DNA from: Diplonema japonicum
Lineage: Eukaryota; Protista; Euglenozoa: Diplonemea
Assembly (NCBI GenBank): GCA_964019335.1
Contig: OZ025723.1
Span: 62,001-126,000 of the forward strand
DNA: 64,000 bases
Reading direction: 5' to 3'
The position numbers and the translations under genes were made by a program. Under the pieces are notes generated by a model. That model saw only the letters and a list, made by a program, of their open reading frames with translations. It made no database searches and had not been told where the DNA came from. Each line of letters opens with the position of its first letter. The stretch's first letter is position 1. Positions 54,201-63,145 of the stretch are shown piece after piece.

Positions 54201-57200
54201 CAACGAGCGGTTCGGTGCAAACAAGCACGCAACGCGGCACTTCGCAAAACCGAAGAACGCAATGCCGCTGAAGCCGCTGAGAAACACAGAGCCCAAGAAG
54301 CAATTGAAGAACTTGCATTGGAACGAATAGAAGGCAAACAGATAACGGAATCCGTCCTTTTAATCCAACGACAAGAACGGGGAAGGGTCGGACGAAGAAT
54401 AGCACGAGACCGCCGCCGTTCAATCCAACAAGAGCAAGACCACGCAGCCTGCTCGATCCAAAAAATAGCGCGGGGCGTCGCAACGAGGAAAAGGGTAACG
54501 CTTGTGAAACCGGTTGTCGCGGGGGAAAAACAAGCTCGACCCGCCATACGAAAAGAGGAATCAACTGGCATAGAAACACTATCCGCGTGGATTGCGTGGC
54601 AGCTCGAGACAACAACAACATACACAAACATGAAAAAAGACCTCTCTCAGCAGTGCGACGTCGTAACGAACCGCATCGTGACAATGGAAACGACCAGCCG
54701 CAGAGAAACACTCGCCAAGATAAAGAACATCTGCGACATTCACAATTTATACCGATTGACTGTGACTGGCACCACGTCTCGAAGCACTGTTGCAAACAGT
54801 GAACAGTCTGCCAGGCGTCTAGTGTACGAGATATTCGACGAGATAAGCAGGATCGATATTCAACGGAAGGAACGAAACGCGTTTGGCGAAATCCACGCAT
54901 TTCGCGTCGAGGACGGAGAACAGACTAACCGTATGATATTGCAAAGGTGCGCGCGTACAAAGGCGAAAATGCAAACACACGAGCTGCACAGCAGAGCCGC
55001 GGTCGAAGCCGAGCAAAACACGCAACGAGAAGAGCTACAGAGCGAAGTGAAACAGTTTATCTTCAAATGGATGGTTACCCACAGGCAGTTACTCGCTTTG
55101 CAGGAAGCGGAAGCCATGGCCTCCGTTCTCCTCGCAAACCAGGCCTTCAAGGAACGCGTGGCAATCCGCCACCATTCTAAGAGTATAGTCCAGGTCATGT
55201 TCGCCAGTGAACGCCATTTGATGTCTTTGAAGGAAGCGGAAAAACGGCATCAAATAACAGAGCTCGAAGAGGAACGTTGGACCGAACTGACGGGCGACAT
55301 CTACAACACGTGGGACGAGGTGGTACACACACAGACAAGGTCCCGCATGTTTACCTGTGAGAACCACCACACGGCGGGGAAAATCGGGCTTTTTAAAGAG
55401 GAATCCACCGCATGGCACCAAATCTTTGAAATGGTGTCCCAGCAGGCGGATGTGCACGAGGTATACCTGACGAGCGTTACGAATTTAGAGAACACGGAAC
55501 GAAGCATGCGGTGGAGCATGTCTCGGTTGGAGATAACGGAGTTTACTGAGACGTGCGGCAAGATACGCAACGAGCAAACTCGTGTTGACAGCAAACCACC
55601 GCAGATCGACAACGCGCTGAACATGGTGGACGACAAGGAACGAGCGGCACGCACCGACGTCGACGGCAGTCAAGCTGCGTTGTTTCTAAACATTTTCACG
55701 CAGTTTCGAGACGAAACAGACGTGTTGAGAGGCAAGGTGAACCGCCTCGCAAACAGCGTGTTCTCTAGAAAATCCGAAACTCTGTTCAAACAGGAAGACC
55801 TGCGACGGGTCAGCATCGAGAACACCCGCGTCACAACATTGGTGAAGCTTCTAGCCCAGTTCGAAGACACATTACGAACGGCTATCGAAGGTAAGGAATT
55901 TTGTTTGTCGAGCTTCGCGAAAAAACGGCATCTGGCGCTCGCGAAAACGGTGGTGGACGTGAATCTAGTGATGAAAAAGCTCAAGAACGACTGCACCGAG
56001 TCGTACCGCAACACAACCATCGACGAGCTGGAGAAGTTCAGGGCGGTTTCAAGACGCCGCATAGCAGAACTCCGCGAGATGCACCTCGCAGAACTCTTAC
56101 GAAATGAATCTGTCCTGTCACAGGTCACACCTTGGGAACTGTCTCAACGACACGGAATCGAAACTGAGCAAAACCACGGCTGTACCGAAATCGAGGGGTT
56201 CAGGGTATCGGGTATGAACCCGATTCAAAAAGCGGAAATGGTGGAGAGGGTCCGGCGGGTGGTTGCAAATGAGCTTCCCAGGGTCAGCACAACCGTTCAA
56301 AAATTGACGGAGAAGGTAAACGTGCTCCCGATGCGAAGGGAACCGGACGGCGGGCTTGTCGTGAAGGTTGAGGAAAATTGCGTCCGGCAACGAATCGAGT
56401 ACTTGGAAGAGTCCGAACGGGCCTTTATATCGGGCAGCGACAAGTCTCAAGGGATCAAAGAAGGGCAGTTCCTCATCGAGAGCGAACTCGTTGCGCTAGA
56501 GAGCGTCACAAGAAGCGACTTGGAAACGAGCCACCAAGTGAGGAGATTGATGATATTCAAGCAGTTCGAAGCGACACACCACATGAAGCAGCAAAACTAC
56601 GCGCTTGAGACCGAGGCGTTCCATCGGGACAACGTTGCGAAGCAAGAGCGTGCGGAGTGGGATACCATGAAAACCGAGGAAACGTGTTCTAGAACTGTTG
56701 TTTTCGATAGAAAGCATCGCTTACTAGAGGAAACAAACGAGCTCATCAACGAAGAACGCCGCAGCAGGCAGGTCTTAATCTTTGAAGAGGACGCGATAGG
56801 TGAAGAAGTTGGGAAAAAAGCAGGTAAGTTCATGCGTGTTCTGCGTGCTTGTGTGAAGGAATCCATGGAAAACAGAGAAGAAGAACGTGCGGTTCAAAGA
56901 TTGCGTCGGCTCGACCACATTACAAAGGTAGAGGCCTCTGAGAACCAAATGGGTAAAACCTACCCGCCGGTGAAGAAGCACGGGAACAGAATAGTTTTGA
57001 ACTCGTCCGTGTCGAGTCTAGTCGGGTCGCCGTGTTCCGATATCCCACCGTTTTTCAACGCAGGGATCCTTCCCAAGATCAAGAACCCGCCGTGTCCCCC
57101 TAAGCGGGAAAGCTCCAGCGTCGTCGCTTCATGGTGGGCAACAACTGTCTTCGATCGCTTTCAAAACCCTTGCCGCGATGGCCTCCCCGATCCGGAGACA

Positions 57201-58403
57201 CGACCGCCCACATCGACCCGGAAGAAAATGGTGAAATTGTTTCTAGCACCCGAATGGGAACCCTACTCGCCTGCGGGGTTTCTTATAACCCACGCTGAGC
57301 TGACTCAAATTCTGGCATTGTACCGGGAATCTTGTGCAGAATGCAATGTTTCCGTCCACATTAAAAACTGGACGGGGCTTAAGGCGGTTAATCGAGATGG
57401 GTTTTGCAGTGCAGTGGCGCAAATCACTCACGGACTCGGGGGGAACATCCTTCTTGACGTGTTCGCCCGGCTGCGAACCGTCATGAAGGCTCTGAAAACG
57501 GTGGTCATGGGCCCGTCTCCGGCCCTGCGAGCGTTGTGGAACGTTGTTCTGGTGTTGCAGGATTCAACGGGGCATGTTGCGGGGCAGGCGTTGAGATCCG
57601 CAGTCGAGACGTACCTGCACACCTCGGACATTCCTGTCTTTGTGAGTAGACATTGGAATCGAGGCGCGTTGAGGGTTGGGGATCCGTTGTTGAGCAGATT
57701 CCACGATGTTGTAGGATGTGGTGTTGAAGCAGACGAGATGACGTTTATTGCTGTGGCGGAGTTTGTGACGACGGTGTTCCTCCCGTTGCTGTCCCCGGAG
57801 CTGATCCACCAGGCGTTGGCCGATGTCGGCCCCGCCGCCCGCTGCAGCGCAGAGCGGAGCGTCGCCGTGCTCGTAATGTCCCACGTCCCAAAACCAGAAC
57901 CTTTCTTCCCCGTTTTTGAAGGAATCCGCAAGATATACGAAGAGACGAACTACACCGGTTCATACTACAAAAGCCGTGTCAGCCACGTCGATAACCTGGC
58001 AGTGAAGAAGCTTGTCGCGGAAGGGACACATGTGTTAGACGGTGCACGGTCTCTTTCACTCCAGCTTCCTGATACTGCCAGCTGTGAACACATATCATCT
58101 TCCATATGTATCCTTTTAGGGTTGGCGAGGACAGGAGGGTCCTTCACCGCAACATTGCGTGGGAGGTTGGACGCCGATTTAATCACTTCGATCCGCCAGC
58201 TTACGTTGTCCAGCACCACTTTCCAGCAGGCACTGTCGGCCTCTGCGCAGCTCCGGCTTGTGGGGAACTCTTACATGTTTTATCCAGTGTGCCCCCTTCT
58301 CACATCCTTGACAGACTGGGCGAGGGCGATCGTTAAAAGCGCAGCCCTGTCGTACGGGTGGGACAAGAAGCTTATGGATGTGAACCCGAAGGTGGGGTCG
58401 TGA
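51250..58403 (+). CDS. Giant protein with TPR-like N-terminus, CS/PIH1-like segments, about 8 IQ-like motifs and coiled coil; probably one gene spanning the gap
   Basis: Open frame up to the gap and from 53493 (EEEENAQKQMMEK) after it; IQ-like IQRFARR, VQSFCRG, IQTLFRC, IQRAVRC, IQRQERG, IQKIARG occur on both sides. Confidence 0.7.
53293..53492. other. Assembly gap (200 N)
   Basis: Run of N. Confidence 0.99.
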
Positions 58404-58598
58404 AGTTACATAGTTTGCCTTCCGGTGAATTGGAACCTTTTTATTTCTTCTTTTGTACTCTACTTCCAGGCGTCCTGCCACATACCGCAGGTACCCTTAA
58501 ATGTCTCTTTTTTTTTTTTTTTTTTTTTTCTTTTTCTTTTTTCAAGTTGAAATCAAAAAAACCAAAAAAAAAGGGGGTTCTAGTCCCACCACACGAAC

Positions 58599-59462
58599 AT
58601 GGCCAGCTACGCCACTACAGGGACCACAACGCTGTTCGGTGGGAACCTGGCGTCGGACGTAAGCAGTGAGTGCTCGAGGTGTCTGGAGAGTGTTGGGCAT
58701 GGAAGAAGAACGTCACCACAGCGGGGGCATTTTCACCATGCACCCCCGCCTCCACCGCAGCAACACGCGCAAGAGTGGCAGTCGCCACCTGGGGAATGGA
58801 AGGAGCTGACCGCAACCGTTCGCGAAAACGAAAAACGAGAAGCGAATCGACACGACCGGTTGATGACAAAGCTCGAGACACTTATTGACCTGTACGCTGG
58901 CGCGCAGTACCAGCATCATGCTTCACCCCCTTCCTCAGATCCTACTGTCATTTCTGTGTCGCCGATTCGGGCAGCCCCAATTCAAAGGGACCCGAGGCAT
59001 ATTTCACCACCGAGGCATCGAATGTACGAGGTGATGGAAACACGGGCAGTTGCGAAGAAGAAGAAAACAAAAAAGAAAAGGTCCCCCCCTGTGGCCGACA
59101 GTCTTGTGATGTATGAAGCCGATCAAAGCGAGCTCCTCCGGCAGGTCGTGTCCATGGAAGACGTCGCGCGTTCTCTCCAAGCGGACAAGGAGCACCTGCA
59201 GCGTCATAACGATGTGCTGGCGTCGGAGAACGTACAGTTCCGAGAGAGGTTGCTCTCTGCCGACACTGCGCTCAACAAACTGCGCACTTTGAAAAACCAA
59301 ATCTCCACCCTCAACTCTCTTCAAACAAAGGGCACCGACCTGCATCGCAAGAACACCCGCACCCTCGGCAAGGTGCAGACAAGCGTCGACGGGCTTGCGA
59401 AAAAATGGGCTCCGAAAACACCGAGGCTGAAGGCACCTCCTACACAACAACGACTGTATTAA
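58599..59462 (+). CDS. Hypothetical coiled-coil protein, 287 aa
   Basis: ORF between homopolymer spacers; C-terminal heptads. Confidence 0.75.
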   Translation: MASYATTGTTTLFGGNLASDVSSECSRCLESVGHGRRTSPQRGHFHHAPPPPPQQHAQEWQSPPGEWKELTATVRENEKREANRHDRLMTKLETLIDLYAGAQYQHHASPPSSDPTVISVSPIRAAPIQRDPRHISPPRHRMYEVMETRAVAKKKKTKKKRSPPVADSLVMYEADQSELLRQVVSMEDVARSLQADKEHLQRHNDVLASENVQFRERLLSADTALNKLRTLKNQISTLNSLQTKGTDLHRKNTRTLGKVQTSVDGLAKKWAPKTPRLKAPPTQQRLY

Positions 59463-59520
59463 AAAAAAAAAAAAAAAAATGTTAATTTTATCCCCCCTGC
59501 CACCATCCTGTACATGTAGT

Positions 59521-59576
59521 TTCTTTTTTTTTTATACTTTTATATATATTTCACTTCAATTTTTTTTTTCTTACAG
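59521..59576 (+). promoter_or_regulatory. Putative SL trans-splice acceptor (polypyrimidine tract + TACAG)
   Basis: T-rich tract ending in AG at 59575-59576, 8 nt before ATG 59585. Confidence 0.5.
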
Positions 59577-59584
59577 GAGGGGGT

Positions 59585-60454
59585 ATGGGTAGTGGGGTGG
59601 GGAAAGCGTTTGATGTACGTGTCGTAGCCATAGTCGGGGCCAGCGGGGGGGAGGTCGCGGAACTGTTAGAGTTCCCAGGAAGGCCATCGTTAAGACAACT
59701 CACCTATGGAATCGAACAGAGGATGGAAGACAGGTACAAAGTACGAGGCTGGCCCTTCAAAGTCGCCGGCCTCAAAATGCTGGACGAAAACGGAGAATGG
59801 ATCATACTAAAGGACACCCACAGTTTAATATCTGGCCAGACCGTCAGAGTCTCACAACCAGGCGAGCGTGATGAAGACTACGAGGTTCCGTTAAAGGTCA
59901 AGGCAAGGGTGGTGTTCAGACAGATAGACAGCATGGACAAAGGGTACATCGATGCAGCCGACGCGCGAGCAGCCTTGCGTGGTGGTCATTTCAGGGTTGC
60001 TGCCAGTGTGCTTCATGAGTGGTTTCAAGAAGCCGACATTTCAAGAACCGGTAGAGTCACCTGGAGGGCCTGGGTGAAATTCTCCATGAAGTACCCAGCT
60101 GTTGTTAATATGCTGTACAACAGAGTGAAGCACTGGAAGCATCATGTTGTCGATGAAGCCCACGTCCCACGGTTCATGTCCAGTACGGCAACCACGCGGC
60201 ACCGCTCTGGACAGTCGTACATCGATATGCGTGTTGCAGCACACCCTCCCCCTCCGCCGCCCCCTCCTCGTCCAGAGGTCTTTTCTTGTAATATTCGAAG
60301 CTCGCCTGGCCGTGCCTACACACCCCCACCGCCTGCAACTCATCGTACAGGCTCTGCTTTGGGCCTGAAGGTTTCCCCTCCTAGAATGCATCACTCCACG
60401 TACCTCTCCAGAGAGGTGTACCGTAATACCTTGCCTACGAAGGAATATTATTGA
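59585..60454 (+). CDS. BILBO1-like protein (ubiquitin-like N-terminal domain + EF-hand pair + Pro-rich tail), 289 aa
   Basis: LEFPGRPSLRQLT, KMLDENGEWIIL...VSQP, EF-hand-like FRQIDSMDKGYID and FQEADISRTGRVTW, then KYPAVVNMLYNR, all resembling recalled trypanosome BILBO1. Confidence 0.7.
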   Translation: MGSGVGKAFDVRVVAIVGASGGEVAELLEFPGRPSLRQLTYGIEQRMEDRYKVRGWPFKVAGLKMLDENGEWIILKDTHSLISGQTVRVSQPGERDEDYEVPLKVKARVVFRQIDSMDKGYIDAADARAALRGGHFRVAASVLHEWFQEADISRTGRVTWRAWVKFSMKYPAVVNMLYNRVKHWKHHVVDEAHVPRFMSSTATTRHRSGQSYIDMRVAAHPPPPPPPPRPEVFSCNIRSSPGRAYTPPPPATHRTGSALGLKVSPPRMHHSTYLSREVYRNTLPTKEYY

Positions 60455-60822
60455 GGGGGGGGGGGAGTTTTTTTTTTGTACAGATTGTTTAAAGTTTTTT
60501 GTTTTTTTTTTTGTTCTAAAAGAGAGGGGGGGGAAAAAGATATTTTTTTTTCTCCCTTTTTATTTTGTAGAGAAACTATCTTAAGAAAATTTTATTGAAA
60601 GAGAATTCTTGTTTTTTTTTTTAAAAGAATGGCTTTCTTTGGGGAAACAAGAAAAAAAAAAAAAAAGAGGAACAAAAACCGCTCAGTTTTTTTTTTTTTT
60701 TGTTGCGTTAGTTGACATTCTTTCTTTCTTTTTTTCTTTCTTTCTTTTCAATTGTATAATACCGGGTAAAAAGGGGGGAGAAGAGGGACCGGGGAAACCC
60801 AAACGGAAAAAAAAAAAAAAAA

Positions 60823-62028
60823 ATGAAGAAGGCATATGAGAAAGAAGTGACGCTGATACAAAACCGGCACGGTTTAGCCGAGATTCGCGAGATTGAAGGC
60901 GAAGGCCGTGGTCTGGGCGCAATATGCGAGTGGAAAAGAGTGGCGGCCCGCGTCATGGAAGGCGCAGAGTCAGAGGAGACGGAATGGATAGAATACATGA
61001 GAGAGTGCACCGTCACACATGGCATCGAAGGGCAAACAGTAGACGAAGGATGGGGCCCTTGGGCCGACGCCCTGGATTTATCACTGTGGTGGTGCACCTT
61101 CACATTTTACATGACGACAGTAGGAGCCAGTGCAGCATATGTAGAAAACATTGCAAAAACAACAGAAAATATCTTCTGCCATGGTTTTGCTCAGGATGCA
61201 TCGATCCGGCCGTACAAAGTGCTGGTAACACAGCTCGTTTCCTGCCTTCTCGTCTCCCCGTGCTTCCCCACGAACAAGTCTTTTAAACTGTTCGCAAATT
61301 TCAACCACAACTCCATCGCGCATATCCCGCTGCCTGTATTCCACAGGAAAGAGGAAGTGTTGGAATATTTAAGCTTGGGCTGCTGCGACCATCTCAACAA
61401 CCTTTCGAAGAAGAAACCAGCCGGGACGGGTACAATTCGGGTTTTCAAAACGCTTTTCGCGCCCCTCTGCGGAAAGGAAATGATACCTCAGTACCTGGTT
61501 CAGATTGTAAAGAGTTTCTTCCCTGACTTACAAACCGCGAAATCTGAATTAACCACCTGGCTTGAAAACCCCTTGGACAAGTTCCCTGTGACTGCCGGTA
61601 ACGTCGCTTCGCTTGCAAGTGATGAGACGTTTCGGTGCCTTCTCGATGTGGTGGAACCGTGTTTAGAGGACACGGAGCCGTTTTACACTGTCGCAGCATG
61701 CGTTTTGTGTTTTGCGGCCATTCCTGTTCCTCGTGGGCTCTCGCCGTCACACGCAGAGGCAGTTTGTGGAACTGTCGCGACTCTCATTTCTTTATATGTC
61801 CCTGTGCGGATTTGTGCTGTTTTTGCCGCGCTCCCCAGGCTGCCGATACAAGAGTGGTCTGCGCCCCTTCTCCCTGTGGTTCGGTACCTGCTCCACCACC
61901 ACAGCGACGCTGCTCGTGCCGAAGAGTTCCTCGAAAACGAAGCGATTGTGAACTTCGTCAACGCAAGGCCTGCCCAGTTATGGGATCTGGCTGAGTTGTT
62001 GAACCCTTGTAAGAAGCAGAAGGGTTGA
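60823..62028 (+). CDS. Hypothetical protein, 401 aa
   Basis: Long ORF after poly(A) leader; no recognised motif. Confidence 0.75.
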   Translation: MKKAYEKEVTLIQNRHGLAEIREIEGEGRGLGAICEWKRVAARVMEGAESEETEWIEYMRECTVTHGIEGQTVDEGWGPWADALDLSLWWCTFTFYMTTVGASAAYVENIAKTTENIFCHGFAQDASIRPYKVLVTQLVSCLLVSPCFPTNKSFKLFANFNHNSIAHIPLPVFHRKEEVLEYLSLGCCDHLNNLSKKKPAGTGTIRVFKTLFAPLCGKEMIPQYLVQIVKSFFPDLQTAKSELTTWLENPLDKFPVTAGNVASLASDETFRCLLDVVEPCLEDTEPFYTVAACVLCFAAIPVPRGLSPSHAEAVCGTVATLISLYVPVRICAVFAALPRLPIQEWSAPLLPVVRYLLHHHSDAARAEEFLENEAIVNFVNARPAQLWDLAELLNPCKKQKG

Positions 62029-62128
62029 TCAGCTTTTCTTCTTCTTCTTTTTCTTTTTTTTTTCCCTTCGAAATAAAAACACATGAATCACACAGTTAAA
62101 TAAAAAAAAAGCCCATATTTCCTAAAAA

Positions 62129-62885
62129 ATGAAGTTGAACATCGCATACCCCGAGTCTGGCACCCAGAAGACCTTCGAGCTTGACGATGACAAGGCGGTC
62201 CAGAGGCTCGTTGACAAGAGGATCTCCCAGGTATACTTTCAAAAAAAAAAAAAAAAAAAAAAAAAATCCCCAGGACTTCGACGGTGGTATCATCAGCGAG
62301 AAGTACGAGGGGTACGTCTTCCGTATCACCGGTGGAGCTGACAAGCAGGGTTTCCCCATGAAGCAGGGTATCCTGGGTAACAGCCGTGTGAAGCTCCTCC
62401 TCACCAGGGGTGCCGTTGGTTACCAGGCCTGGAGGGGTCGCGCGGGTGAGAGGAACAGGAAGTCCGTGAGGGGTTGCATCGTGGGCTCTGACATCTCCGT
62501 CCTGAACCTTATCATCATGAAGAAGGGCAAGGACGAGCTTGAGGGTGTGACTGACAAGCAGCAGCCCAGGAGGCTCGGACCCAAGAGGGCTGCCAACATC
62601 AAGAAGCTGTTCGACCTCTCCAACGATGACGATGTCCGCAAGTACGTCATCCGTCGTGAGGTTAAGACCCACTCCAAGGCCCCCAAGATCCAGAGGCTTG
62701 TGACCCCCGTGACCCGCCAGAGGAGGAGGCGCCGTGTGGCTCAGATCAAGGCCCGCCGTGTGGCCGGTAAGGACCAGAGGGCCCTCTACTACACCCAGGT
62801 TGCCAGGAGGAGGCAGGTCGCCACCCTCCGCAGCAAGGCCACCGCTAGCCGTGTCAAGACCGCCACCGAGGCCAAGAAGAACTAG
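62129..62885 (+). CDS. RPS6: 40S ribosomal protein eS6, 237 aa; join(62129..62230,62274..62885)
   Basis: MKLNIAYP..G.QK; GYVFRITGG.DKQGFPMKQG; RKSVRGCIV; PRRLGPKRA..I.KLF.LS..DDVR.YV; KAPKIQRLVTP. Confidence 0.97.
62231..62273 (+). other. Spliceosomal intron, 43 nt (GTATAC-TTTC-A26-TCCCCAG)
   Basis: Required to join conserved RPS6 halves in frame. Confidence 0.97.
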
Positions 62886-63145
62886 GATTTTGAACGAAAT
62901 TGGCTTTTTTTTTTAAGATTCGTGGAAAAAAAAAAAAGAAAGGGAAAAAGGGTGGAAAAAAATAACATAAAAACAAAAAAAAAGTCAGATCAACAACCCC
63001 CCCCCTTTTTTTATAGTCATTTCTTTTTTTCTTCTTCAAATCGGTTTCTTCGGGTGATTTCGAAAAACGTTTTCATCACAACACACAGGTACAAGGGGGA
63101 GGGGAGCGGGGAGGGAAGAAGGAAGAAAAAAATAAGAGAGAACAC

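Noticed and set aside
59049-59080. GT...AG-bounded A-rich 32-mer inside CDS 58599..59462
   Set aside because: Removal would frameshift an intact ORF; mixed AAG/AAA codons fit a coding basic (NLS-like) patch.
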